Shown piece after piece: positions 1 to 9,900 of a stretch of 31,250 nucleotides of DNA (position 1 is its first letter; each line of letters begins with the position of its first letter). The stretch is from a virus. Its lineage: Duplodnaviria; Caudoviricetes. Under the pieces are notes generated by a model. The model searched no databases. It was not told the origin of the DNA and saw only the letters and a program-made list of their open reading frames with translations. The stretch is from positions 1 to 31,250 of the IMG/VR virus record IMGVR_UViG_3300046170_000058. One strand, 5' to 3'. Both the position numbers and the translations under genes were made by a program.

Positions 1-377
1 ACAAAACAATAGTAGGAAAACGAAAGACACAAAACAAGTGGGCAGATATAGGATGGCAAAAACCTGCTTTTCCATTAATAGATGCTAATATTTATAAGGA
101 TAACATAGAAAAGTATTGGAAAGATAAGCCTGTAAGGTTTGCTTATATGAATAATTGTATTGGTTGTTTCCACAGGAATGAAGTACTATTGAAATTAATG
201 AGTGAAAAGCATCCAAACAAATTTGAGTGGTTTATTGAAGCTGAACAAGAAACAGGATATAATGTAAGAACATTTAAAAATGGGGTAACATACGAACAAA
301 TAAAAAACAGCTTTAAGCAGATGAATATGTTTGAAGATGATTTTAATGAATGTGATTCTGGTTATTGTGGTATTTAA
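1..377 (+). CDS. 5'-truncated PAPS-reductase-like (adenine nucleotide alpha-hydrolase family) phage protein with Cys motifs
   Basis: Frame is open from position 3 (KTIVGKRKTQNKWADIGWQKPAFPLID...), so the listed Met at 147 is internal. FPLI...NCIGCF and the C-terminal ECDSGYCG resemble the Fe-S-binding C-termini of phage PAPS-reductase-like proteins. Confidence 0.5.
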   Translation, partial: KTIVGKRKTQNKWADIGWQKPAFPLIDANIYKDNIEKYWKDKPVRFAYMNNCIGCFHRNEVLLKLMSEKHPNKFEWFIEAEQETGYNVRTFKNGVTYEQIKNSFKQMNMFEDDFNECDSGYCGI

Positions 378-402
378 CAATAAGTTAAAAAAAGTATTGT
401 AT
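376..402 (+). promoter_or_regulatory. putative late promoter, copy 1 (AACAA-N14-TATTGTAT)
   Basis: Repeated motif with fixed 14-nt spacer, upstream of TerS. Confidence 0.7.
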
Positions 403-431
403 AGTTGAATCATTAATGAATTTTTTTGATT

Positions 432-671
432 ATGGATAAAAGAAGATTTAACGGAGGTAATAAAAACGCTGGTAGAAAACCTAAAAGTGATGAGGTTAAT
501 TTAATAGAGAAATTAAGCCCATTAGAAGATGCAGCATTCCAAGCATTAAAAGCAGGTGTAGAAAAAGGTGATTTTAAATTTGTACAACTGTACTATAATT
601 ATTACGCTGGTAAACCCAGAGAAACAAGAGATATTACAATCAATGAGGATATTCCATTGTTTGTAGATTAG
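432..671 (+). CDS. putative terminase small subunit
   Basis: Directly upstream of TerL; N-terminal NGG..AGRKPK motif and C-terminal GKP motif typical of small TerS-like proteins. ATG 432 preferred over TTG 426. Confidence 0.6.
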   Translation: MDKRRFNGGNKNAGRKPKSDEVNLIEKLSPLEDAAFQALKAGVEKGDFKFVQLYYNYYAGKPRETRDITINEDIPLFVD

Positions 672-672
672 T

Positions 673-1842
673 ATGCAAGTAAAGAAAACTATTGCATTAA
701 ATAAATTAAGGAAGTTAGATAAAAGAATTAAAATAGTAAGAGGTGGTACATCTGCTGGTAAAACTATTTGTATTCTGCTTATACTAATTGATTACGCTAT
801 TAGAAACGAAGGTAAAGAAATAAGCGTAGTATCTGAATCAATACCACACTTACGTAGAGGTGCATTTAAGGACTTCTGCCAACTGTTAAAAGGTTTAAAT
901 AGGTATAAGGATATACAGCTAAATAAAAGCACCTTAAAATACACTTTTACAAATGGTAGCTATATAGAGTTTTTTAGTACGGATCAACCTGATAAACTAC
1001 GTGGTGCAAGAAGAACTGATTTATATATTAACGAATGTAACAATGTACCCTTTGATGCTTACAACCAATTAGCAGTTAGAACATCTGGAAACGTTTGGTT
1101 AGATTACAACCCTTCTAATATCTTTTGGGTAGATAAAGAATTAGTAGGCAAAGAAGATGTTGATTACATAACACTAACTTATAAGGATAACGAAGTGCTA
1201 CCTGATAGTATTGTTAAAGAAATAGAAAAAGCAAGAGATAAAGGTAAAACCTCAACGTATTGGGCGAATTGGTGGAGGGTGTACGGACTTGGTGAAACAG
1301 GTTCTTTAGAAGGTGTATGTATACCTGATTGGAAAGAAATAGATAACATACCACAAGAAGCACGTTTGTTAGCTTATGGTATGGACTTTGGTTATAGTGT
1401 TGATCCTACTACATTAATAGCATTGTATAAATGGAACGATGCCTATATATATGATGAGGTGTTATATAAGAAAGGAATGTTAAATAGAGATATAAGCAGG
1501 TTCTTATCACAACTTGATATTAAAGAAAACATTGTAGCTGATTCAGCAGAACCTAAAAGCATAGCAGAACTACAAGGGTATGGTCATTCTGTATATGGTG
1601 TAAGCAAAGGTAGGGATTCAGTAGTATATGGGTTAAACCTAATAAACCAAAACGAAATATACATAACATCTAAAAGTAAAAACCTAAAACGTGAATTAGC
1701 AGGATATGTATGGGCAAAAGATAAAGATGGTAACCAGCTACAAAAACCAAGTGGTGAACATCCTGATTGTATTGATGCAGCACGGTACGTATTAACAGAC
1801 CAATTAGAAAACCCTAACAAGGGTAAATATTATATATATTAA
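673..1842 (+). CDS. terL: terminase large subunit (PBSX/Terminase_3-like)
   Basis: Walker A RGGTSAGKT, LRG..YINE Walker B region, DYNP, nuclease motifs YGMDFGYSVDP, ADSAEPKSI and DCIDAARY. Confidence 0.93.
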   Translation: MQVKKTIALNKLRKLDKRIKIVRGGTSAGKTICILLILIDYAIRNEGKEISVVSESIPHLRRGAFKDFCQLLKGLNRYKDIQLNKSTLKYTFTNGSYIEFFSTDQPDKLRGARRTDLYINECNNVPFDAYNQLAVRTSGNVWLDYNPSNIFWVDKELVGKEDVDYITLTYKDNEVLPDSIVKEIEKARDKGKTSTYWANWWRVYGLGETGSLEGVCIPDWKEIDNIPQEARLLAYGMDFGYSVDPTTLIALYKWNDAYIYDEVLYKKGMLNRDISRFLSQLDIKENIVADSAEPKSIAELQGYGHSVYGVSKGRDSVVYGLNLINQNEIYITSKSKNLKRELAGYVWAKDKDGNQLQKPSGEHPDCIDAARYVLTDQLENPNKGKYYIY

Positions 1843-1858
1843 AATAAATTGTGTATTA

Positions 1859-1889
1859 TTTGTTAATTAAATAAATAGTTGTATATTTA
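1859..1889 (+). promoter_or_regulatory. Bacteroidota housekeeping-sigma-type promoter
   Basis: TTTG (1859-1862), 19-nt spacer, TATATTTA (1882-1889); one mismatch to TAnnTTTG. Confidence 0.6.
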
Positions 1890-1924
1890 CAAAGTAAAAC
1901 AAAGTTTAATTAAAACAAAGACAA

Positions 1925-2170
1925 ATGAGAAAAGTAGTACAAACAGAAAATTATTCAGGCTTAAAAGGTGAACTTATAAAGCTAACAGGTAAAGATATTA
2001 TTACTCAACCAACTAATAAGTACCGAGAAATAATAGATTGGAATTATCAAATGTTAATTGATGGAAAAGTACAATGTTTAATGAATGGACATTTAACAGA
2101 TGTAAAAAAAAGATTCCAAAATAGATATTCAAAAGAATCTTATTTAAGAATTTGGAAATACGAAAAGTAA
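1925..2170 (+). CDS. hypothetical protein (moron-like, own promoter and terminator)
   Basis: 81-aa ORF between a host-type promoter and a hairpin terminator. Confidence 0.7.
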   Translation: MRKVVQTENYSGLKGELIKLTGKDIITQPTNKYREIIDWNYQMLIDGKVQCLMNGHLTDVKKRFQNRYSKESYLRIWKYEK

Positions 2171-2175
2171 AACAT

Positions 2176-2199
2176 AAGGGGTAGCAATACCCCTTTTTT
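2176..2199 (+). terminator. intrinsic terminator
   Basis: AAGGGGTA-GCAA-TACCCCTT followed by a T run. Confidence 0.8.
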
Positions 2200-2218
2200 A
2201 TTAACCAATAATTATATT

Positions 2219-2404
2219 ATGGAAAACAAAGTAGAGTATATAATGGTAAAAGAATTAACTAAAAAACAAAACAGAAAGAACATTATAAAGTTTATAAGTG
2301 GAGGCATTTTACTTGCCTTATTCAGTTTTATAGCAATGTATATGTTTTTATTTTTTATATTGTGGGCTGATGAAATAACAGATAAGATAATTGGATATTT
2401 TTAA
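2219..2404 (+). CDS. small single-TM membrane protein
   Basis: Basic N-terminus followed by hydrophobic FISGGILLALFSFIAMYMFLFFILW. Confidence 0.65.
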   Translation: MENKVEYIMVKELTKKQNRKNIIKFISGGILLALFSFIAMYMFLFFILWADEITDKIIGYF

Positions 2405-2615
2405 AATGATGGAAGCGTGTTGGTACGAAAAGATATACATAGTACAACGTCCATCTAAACGTGGTGGTAGGGCTTCAGATGTTTATTTAGATATAAACGT
2501 TAATGGTCAAGTTCTAAAAGGTAAGAAGCTGTACAAACAAAACAGCATACATTTAGAAAAAACAATAGAAGAAGCGTACAGGTATTCGTATAAAAGGTTT
2601 ATATTAAAGCAATAA
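2391..2615 (+). CDS. hypothetical protein (true start probably ATG 2406 or 2409)
   Basis: ORF fills the gap in the operon; listed start is TTG overlapping the previous gene. Confidence 0.6.
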   Translation: MDIFKMMEACWYEKIYIVQRPSKRGGRASDVYLDINVNGQVLKGKKLYKQNSIHLEKTIEEAYRYSYKRFILKQ

Positions 2616-2642
2616 CTTTTCATTTGGTTTGGGTTGAGAATT

Positions 2643-2672
2643 AGGTAGCAGAAATGTTACCTTTTTCTTTTT
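2643..2672 (+). terminator. intrinsic terminator (CA-GAAA-TG family)
   Basis: AGGTAGCA-GAAA-TGTTACCT plus T-rich run; 18-nt core identical to 16706-16723. Confidence 0.8.
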
Positions 2673-2673
2673 A

Positions 2674-2700
2674 TACAAAACACCAATTAATTTATTGTAT
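2674..2700 (+). promoter_or_regulatory. putative late promoter, copy 2
   Basis: TACAA-N14-TATTGTAT, then 4 nt to ATG 2705. Confidence 0.75.
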
Positions 2701-2704
2701 TAAT

Positions 2705-3379
2705 ATGAAAGTTGAAATAAACGTACCTGAATCACTTAAAGAAATAACTTTAGATCAATACCAAAGATTTGAAAAGTTAAATACAGAAGAAAATAAAGAA
2801 TCTACATTTTTACTTCAAAAGATGGTAGAGATATTTTGCAGCCTTAACTTAAAGGATGTTGCAAACATAAAATACAAATCAGTACAAGAGATAGTAGTAC
2901 ACCTTAACAAGATATTTGATAAGAAGCATAGTTTAACACCTACGTTTACTTTAGGCAATGTAGAGTATGGATTTATACCTGTACTTGATGATATGTCATT
3001 AGGTGAGTTTATTGATCTGGATGAGAACTTGGGTAAGTGGGATAATATGCACAAAGCAATGAGCGTGTTATACAGACCAATTAAATTTAAGAAAGGTAAC
3101 AAGTACAACATAGAAGAATACAAAGGTATGAATGACAACCTAAAGTATATGCCTTTAGATATTGTGTTTGGTGCTATGGTTTTTTTTTATCATTTAAGCA
3201 ACGAGTTAACACAAACTATCCTGAACTATTTACAGAAGGAGTTACCCAAGAACTTGACTATTCAGCAGAGGGAACGTTTGGGTCAAAGTGGGGTTGGTAT
3301 CAATCAGTCTATGGTATTGCTAAAGGAGATGCTACCAAGTTTGACGAGGTTACCCAGCTTAACGTCCACCAATGTTTAA
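2705..3379 (+). CDS. putative tail assembly chaperone (0-frame product, 224 aa)
   Basis: True start is MKVEINVP at 2705, since the listed 2654 start lies inside the terminator. First gene of the tail module; contains a T9 slippery run at 3180-3188. Confidence 0.55.
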   Translation: MKVEINVPESLKEITLDQYQRFEKLNTEENKESTFLLQKMVEIFCSLNLKDVANIKYKSVQEIVVHLNKIFDKKHSLTPTFTLGNVEYGFIPVLDDMSLGEFIDLDENLGKWDNMHKAMSVLYRPIKFKKGNKYNIEEYKGMNDNLKYMPLDIVFGAMVFFYHLSNELTQTILNYLQKELPKNLTIQQRERLGQSGVGINQSMVLLKEMLPSLTRLPSLTSTNV

Positions 3380-3441
3380 TGTATTTGTCATTTGAAAAAG
3401 ATAAAGTAGAATTAGAAAAGAAGTTAATTAAAAAACGATGA
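3187..3441 (+). CDS. -1 frame extension of the 2705 gene (gpGT-like frameshift product, about 245 aa total)
   Basis: Reads LSFKQRVNTNYPELF...KWGWYQSVYGIAKGDATKFDEVTQLNVHQCLMYLSFEKDKVELEKKLIKKR. Open 3136-3441 with no start codon before 3376; its TGA overlaps the next ATG (ATGA 3438-3441). Confidence 0.75.
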   Translation, partial: LSFKQRVNTNYPELFTEGVTQELDYSAEGTFGSKWGWYQSVYGIAKGDATKFDEVTQLNVHQCLMYLSFEKDKVELEKKLIKKR

Positions 3442-3896
3442 AAGGTTTTTACAACGTAACAAAGGAATTAAAAACAGCACTTGCAGCAGAACCATTTGTT
3501 AATACAGTTACATTTGGTAGTTTAGATGATGTAGATTTAAACAAGCAAACTATATTCCCATTATCACATATTATAGTAAACAACACTACAGTAGGAACTA
3601 AAACATTAACATTTAACATTTCTATTCTTGCAATGGACATTGTAGATATAAGCAAAGAAGCAACAACTGATATATTTGTAGGAAACGATAACGAACAAGA
3701 TGTACTAAACACACAATTAGGATTATTAACAAGAATAATAAATATCTTACAGCGTGGTGATCTATATACTAACCTCTACCAAGTACAGGGTGATGTAAGT
3801 TGTGAACCATTTGTAGATAGATTTGAAAACAAATTAGCAGGATGGGCAGCAACATTTGATGTAGTAGTACAAAACGATATGACAATATGCAGTTAA
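3438..3896 (+). CDS. putative tail terminator / head-tail joining protein
   Basis: Size, position, FPLSHI motif, and C-terminal PF.DRFEN.LAGW beta-strand pattern. Confidence 0.5.
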   Translation: MKGFYNVTKELKTALAAEPFVNTVTFGSLDDVDLNKQTIFPLSHIIVNNTTVGTKTLTFNISILAMDIVDISKEATTDIFVGNDNEQDVLNTQLGLLTRIINILQRGDLYTNLYQVQGDVSCEPFVDRFENKLAGWAATFDVVVQNDMTICS

Positions 3897-4435
3897 AAGA
3901 AACACAAAAGGTTTTAGATGTATTTAAGCAGGTTGTTTTAAATCAAAGTAGAGCAATGCTTTCCAAGAAAGGAAAGAATGTTTCTAATAAACTTTTTAGA
4001 AGTTTAGATGGTGTTGTTAAGTCTATGCCTAATTCTATTTCTGTAGAGTTTGAAATGGAAGATTATGGTTATTATCAAGATAGGGGTGTTAAAGGTAAAA
4101 CCTCAACATATCCTGAAATAGCAAAGTATGGAACTTTAGCAAAGTTTGGATCAGGTAAAGGTAAAAAAGGTGGATTAAGTGCAGGAATTAAAAAATGGGT
4201 AGAAGCAAGAAGGTTTCAATTTAGAGATAAAAAAACAGGCAGGTTTATGTCATATCAAAGTACTGCTTACTTAATAACAAGATCAATATACAATAAAGGT
4301 ATAAAGCCAAGTTTATTTTTTACTAAACCATTTGAAAACGCATTTAAAAAACTACCTGATGAACTAATAGAAAAGTTTGGTTTAGATGTAGAAGATTTTT
4401 TAGCATTTACATTAAAAGAAGATAGATTAAGATGA
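3887..4435 (+). CDS. putative tail completion/neck protein (HK97 gp10-like)
   Basis: Basic protein with L..SL, YG.YQD.G and GIKP..FF..PF motifs; position in the tail module. Confidence 0.55.
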   Translation: MQLKETQKVLDVFKQVVLNQSRAMLSKKGKNVSNKLFRSLDGVVKSMPNSISVEFEMEDYGYYQDRGVKGKTSTYPEIAKYGTLAKFGSGKGKKGGLSAGIKKWVEARRFQFRDKKTGRFMSYQSTAYLITRSIYNKGIKPSLFFTKPFENAFKKLPDELIEKFGLDVEDFLAFTLKEDRLR

Positions 4436-5919
4436 GTACATATACAAAGATAAACGTTAGAAGTCCATTCTATTTACACCTTGTAGAACCAAGTCCTCCA
4501 TTACCTAACTTTGATTGTACGGTAGCAGGTTTAGTAGGTTTTGCAGTAGATAATCAAGGTATTATTACTTTGCCAAGCCCTGCTGTTGGTGTAATAGATT
4601 CTATATCAAGTGATGATGGTGATTTTGCTAATAACAAATTCCCAGCAGAAGGTACTGATACATCAAGAACAATAAAAGTTAAACTACTTATACCTACAGG
4701 GTACGCAAACACAAGTGATATATTTTTTGAATGTCCTGTTACTGCAACACAAGCAGGTACAACAAGTTCAGTAGTACAACCTACTGTATGTACAACAACT
4801 GTAACAACATCAGGTTCTATTGGTGGACAAAGTTTAAGCGTAGGTGGTTCAAGTGTAGATATTGATTTAGCAGGATTCTTTACAGGTGAAACAACTTACG
4901 ATTTTTCTAACCTAAATCCTACATTAGTAACAGCAGCATTAAGTGGTAGTACATTAACGTTATCACCAAACGTTATAGCAGGATCAACAACAGTTTACGG
5001 TATTGGTAGGGATAACAGTTATCCATCAACTTGTGAAGCAACACAAAGCATAGCGGTTACAGTAACAGATAGTACTACTGCATTTAGTTGTACATCACCT
5101 ACAAACCCAGCTTTACAAGGTGGTAGTATTAGTCAAGCAGGTGCAATAACAAACCCATCAACTTTAGGTACAATCACAAAAATAATGGCAACATCTGGTG
5201 GAGGTGCTATAACAAGTGTAGCAGCAAATTCAGGTACAAACGCACAAAACGTTACATTGTTTTTTGATATTACAGTACCATCAGGTTATTCTAATGCAAG
5301 TGCAACAGTAGAATGTTCTGCTACCTTTTCACAACCTGGTACAGCAGCACCTACGTTTACTTGTGCATTAGCTAATTTAACAGGTCAAGCAATAGCAAGA
5401 AATGGTGCTATATTTTTAGGTACAGCAGCATTAGGAACGGTTAAAAGTTTTACAGCACCTACAACACCTTTTACAGATGTAGCAACTGATACTTCAAGAA
5501 CGGTTGTATATCAAGTAGAAATACCATCAGGATATGCAAATGCAGGATCAACAATAGACTGTAGTGTAACAATGACACAACCAGCAACGGTAAGTATATG
5601 TGGTACAAATCAATTTTATTTAAGTTCTGCTAAAACAACTCAAGAAGGGCATTGTGATGCAACTTATGGAACACCTAAATTAATAACCTCAACAGCAAGT
5701 AGTTTGGGTGCATTACTTAATAGTCAAGTTTGTCAAGGTGGTGTAGCTTTTGATGGTAAAGGTTTGTACTACGGTGTATTTACTGCATTTGTTGTTAGTT
5801 CAGTCGGTGCAGGGGTTGGCAGTTATTATGTTATAAAAATAGAAAGTACAGGAATAGTAAGTGAATTAGCAATAGTTTCTTGTGATACAACAGGAGGTGG
5901 TGTTGGTGTAATAGTATAA
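4432..5919 (+). CDS. virion structural protein with three Cys-bracketed beta-rich repeats and one Ig-like domain
   Basis: T/S/G/A-rich; repeats of FxC...G.I...(I/V)P.GY.N.....C....(T/S)Q. Confidence 0.65.
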   Translation: MSTYTKINVRSPFYLHLVEPSPPLPNFDCTVAGLVGFAVDNQGIITLPSPAVGVIDSISSDDGDFANNKFPAEGTDTSRTIKVKLLIPTGYANTSDIFFECPVTATQAGTTSSVVQPTVCTTTVTTSGSIGGQSLSVGGSSVDIDLAGFFTGETTYDFSNLNPTLVTAALSGSTLTLSPNVIAGSTTVYGIGRDNSYPSTCEATQSIAVTVTDSTTAFSCTSPTNPALQGGSISQAGAITNPSTLGTITKIMATSGGGAITSVAANSGTNAQNVTLFFDITVPSGYSNASATVECSATFSQPGTAAPTFTCALANLTGQAIARNGAIFLGTAALGTVKSFTAPTTPFTDVATDTSRTVVYQVEIPSGYANAGSTIDCSVTMTQPATVSICGTNQFYLSSAKTTQEGHCDATYGTPKLITSTASSLGALLNSQVCQGGVAFDGKGLYYGVFTAFVVSSVGAGVGSYYVIKIESTGIVSELAIVSCDTTGGGVGVIV

Positions 5920-5923
5920 AATT

Positions 5924-6943
5924 ATGAGTTTAAAAAGCGTAGTAGTAGATTTATATGTATGGGATGGTACGGTATCAGATCAACCTGTAACACCTGCATA
6001 TACAATAAATAAAAGTGTTATAAGTGGACAAACAAACATTACTTTAGAAATAGCAGAACTTGTTAGAGATTATTTTACCATTACATTTAATGATGATTAC
6101 AATTCTATTGCAAGATATGTTAGAACGGTTGTAAGTTCTTTTGATGATAGTGATGAACCTTTTGAAACAAACCCTATTGTAACAACTTACGTTGCGTTAG
6201 ATGGTTATGGTTATTTTGAAGAAGGTGCAAATCCTGAATTAGATAGACACGCTTTGATGAGTGCTACAAATATATATTTACCAGAAGGTACAACAGGTAA
6301 GTTGCCAATATTTGCAGAAGGTGTAGGTAAGGTTATAATAGATGGTGTAACAACACAAATAACAGATGGAGGTAGTACAGGAGCAGATAACACAACAACA
6401 CCTCCAAGTTTAGCAAGTAACCCAAAAGTACAATACGTTACAATACCAGCAGATAAATCATTAATACAAGTTTATGATACAAATGATACTACACTAAAGA
6501 AAACAATAACAATATCTAATATTTGTGAACCTAAATACACACCATTTAAAGTAACCTTTGTAAATAAATTTGGTGCATTTCAAGATTTATACTTCTTTAA
6601 GAAAACAAGTGAAGTAACAAACGTAACAGATGAGTTGTTTAAAAAGAATATAATAACAAACACCTCATCAAACTATAACACATACGATAACCAAAGGGGT
6701 AGAATGAATGTAAACGCACAAACTTCTTTATCAATGAATACAGGTTTTGTTAAAGAGGATATGAACCAAACCATAGAAGAACTGTTTTATAGTGAAAACG
6801 TTTATATAAGATACGAAAACAAAACACTTGCAGTAATACCTAAATCTAAATCATTACAATACAAAACATCTTTAAATGACAAACTAATTAATTATACAGT
6901 AGAGTTTGATTTTGCGTTTGATAGAATTAATAATGTTAGATAA
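5924..6943 (+). CDS. putative tail/baseplate structural protein
   Basis: Directly upstream of the large hub gene; C-terminal F.NKFG..Q..YF and NTGF...EEL..SE.V motifs. Confidence 0.55.
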   Translation: MSLKSVVVDLYVWDGTVSDQPVTPAYTINKSVISGQTNITLEIAELVRDYFTITFNDDYNSIARYVRTVVSSFDDSDEPFETNPIVTTYVALDGYGYFEEGANPELDRHALMSATNIYLPEGTTGKLPIFAEGVGKVIIDGVTTQITDGGSTGADNTTTPPSLASNPKVQYVTIPADKSLIQVYDTNDTTLKKTITISNICEPKYTPFKVTFVNKFGAFQDLYFFKKTSEVTNVTDELFKKNIITNTSSNYNTYDNQRGRMNVNAQTSLSMNTGFVKEDMNQTIEELFYSENVYIRYENKTLAVIPKSKSLQYKTSLNDKLINYTVEFDFAFDRINNVR

Positions 6944-9900
6944 TGCTACAACTACAAATATATTTTGATGGTCAACAGGTTGAACTGTTTAAGGATGAAA
7001 GCATTGTATTAACACAATCAATACAAGATATAAAAGATATACAAAAAGTGTTTGTACCTTTTACACAAACCTTTAATGTACCTGCTTCTAAAATAAATAA
7101 CAAAATATTTCAACACTTTTACAATTTTAATATAGAAGGTTTTGATGCACGTAAAAAAACACCATCTGAACTACACTTAAATTATAAGCTATTTAAAAAA
7201 GGTAAAATAAAACTTGAAGGTGTACAGCTTAAAAACAACGAACCACACACATACAAGCTAACTTTTTATGGTGATACTATAAACTTAAAAGATGTTGTAG
7301 GTGAAGATAAGTTAAGTGCGTTAGATCAGTTAGGTAAATATTCTTTTGATTGGACTGATACAAACATATCTACATATATGGCAAACGGTTTAGATGTTGT
7401 TACACCAACAGGTACAATGACCGATGCTGTAATAGTGCCCTTAATAACTCATACTGCAAGACTTTTATTTGATAGTAATTCAGCAGTAGTTAATACTGAT
7501 ACTATAAAAAACATAAACCCAGCAGCAGGTACAAGTACAAGCTATGGTGTGCCTTATAGCCAATTAAAACCTGCAATTAGATTACTTGCTATAATACAAG
7601 CAATAGAAATAGAATATGGTTTAACATTTAGTACAGACTTCTTTAATGAAACAAATACTGCTTTCTTTAATTTGTATATGTGGATGCACAACAAAGAAGG
7701 TGATTTCCAAACAAACCAAGATGCACAATATCAAGGTAAAAACATTACAAACGTAGTTGATGATAAACAATTTTTTACAGGATTTAAAAACGCAAGTTAC
7801 TCATCTTTTTTAGATGATATAATTGCAAGGGATTATTACAAAGGTAAAAACAATTCTAAAATATTTAGAAAAATGAATGTTACAGTAGTACCATCTGGTG
7901 GTGCTGTTTACACTTTGGTTATTAAAAAGGATGGTCAAGAATTTCAAAGATTTGAAGGTTTAACAGGCACTACTTCTTTAGGGCAATCAGCAACACTAAA
8001 AAACAAAGATTGGTTAGAACACGAAGATGGTGTATTTACATTTTTTATAGAAACAGAAGCTGTATCAAGTTATACAATTACAGTAGAATTAATAGTAGAT
8101 AAAAAAGGCACATTACTATCAAGACCAAAAGGTTCATTTCAATTAACTGCTGCAAAAACTTCTGATGATCCTGCTAATCCATTACAATTAGTGCCAGATA
8201 TTAAAGTAATAGATTTTATTACAGGGATATTCAAAATGTTTAACCTTACAGCATTTCAAGATAACAATGGTATTATACAAGTTAAAACATTAGATGATTT
8301 TTATTCAAGTAGTACAACCGTACACGACATAACACCATTTGTAGATAAAACAGAAACAATTACAGATGCTGTATTACCATTTAAAGAAATAGATTTTGGT
8401 TATGAAGGAACAGAAAGTTTTTTAGCTAACAACCATTATCAAATAGCAAATACAAAATGGGGTGCGTTAGATTACGAAGCACCTAATAAATTTGATGGTA
8501 AAGTATATAACATAGAACTACCTTTTGAGCATTTTAAATATGAACACTTATTTATACAAGCAAACAATGTAGTTAGTGTTAATGATAGTGGTGTGCAATA
8601 TGGATATTCAGTAGATGAAAGCCAAAACCCATATCTTGGTAAACCTCTTATATTTTATGCTACAAAATCTACTGCAACAATACGGACATTAAATTTAGCT
8701 AATACAGCAGGTGCATCTGTAGCAAACCCATATATACCTTTAAATTGTGAAGATAAAGGTAGCACATATTTAGCAGGTAAACAAAGTTTAAATTTTAATG
8801 CAGAATTTGATGAGTTTTCAAGACAAGTAAACCAAGTAAGTTTATTTAAAACATATTATGAAACGTATGTAAAAGATATGTTTGATTTACGCAAAAGACT
8901 TACAAGCGTAAAAGCATATTTACCAATGAATATTATTTTTAAACTTAATTTAGCAGATAAGTTTATTCTAAATAATAATGAATATAGAATTAACAAAATA
9001 TCTACAAACTTTGAAACTGAACAAAGTAGTTTAGAATTAACAAACATATTTGAAGAGCCTGTATTTAAAACGTTAAAAGTATTACAAGATAATTGTTTAA
9101 CAGTTGATACAACAACAATTACTGCTGATACAATAGATGTTAAAGTAGATTCAGGATGTGATAACCAATTTACATTACCAAGTATAAAAACAGGAATACC
9201 AAGTGCAACGGTAAACAACCCTGCAAGTGTATTTACAGATACAAGTTTAACAGTTACACCTCCTACAATAGCAGTAGATCAAATACCTGTATCTACAACA
9301 ACAAAAGTATTCTTTAGTCATCAAATAACTGCAATAGGTAAAGTAGGCAATACACAAAAATTAGATGAGTATGGTTATTTATATTCTACATCATTAACTA
9401 ATTTAAGTTCTACAGATGACATTGATACGTTAAAAGCATTTGGTGATGTTACTACTGTACCGTTTACACCAACGTTAGCAGTAATTAAAGTTTTATTAGA
9501 TAATGGTTTATCAGTAAAAAGTACTTACGAAAAAGCAGGTTTAACACATCCTGCTATACTTTATTATAGATTCTATGCAAGAACGAACACCGATGTACAA
9601 AACGATAAAGCAGATGCTATTAGTAGTGTTGTAAGTGCATCTACAGTACCATCAGCAGTTAGTCAATACAACAATGCAAATGGCGAAAACCTTGTAGGGG
9701 TTGCAGGTAGTACAGGTTATTTAACAGATACATCACCTTTAAGTTTAAGTAAAAGTAACTTCCAAAATTATGGTGGTGAAGATCAAGAAGGCTTTATAAT
9801 TCGTCATACTTATAATTTAACAGTAGAAACTGCTGAACAAATAATTGAATGGCTAACAAGTCAAGCATCACCAGCAGTAGATACATATTATGATATATCA

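Noticed and set aside
2654-2704. Listed N-terminal extension MLPFSFY...
   Set aside because: That ATG is inside the terminator hairpin; the promoter motif points to ATG 2705.
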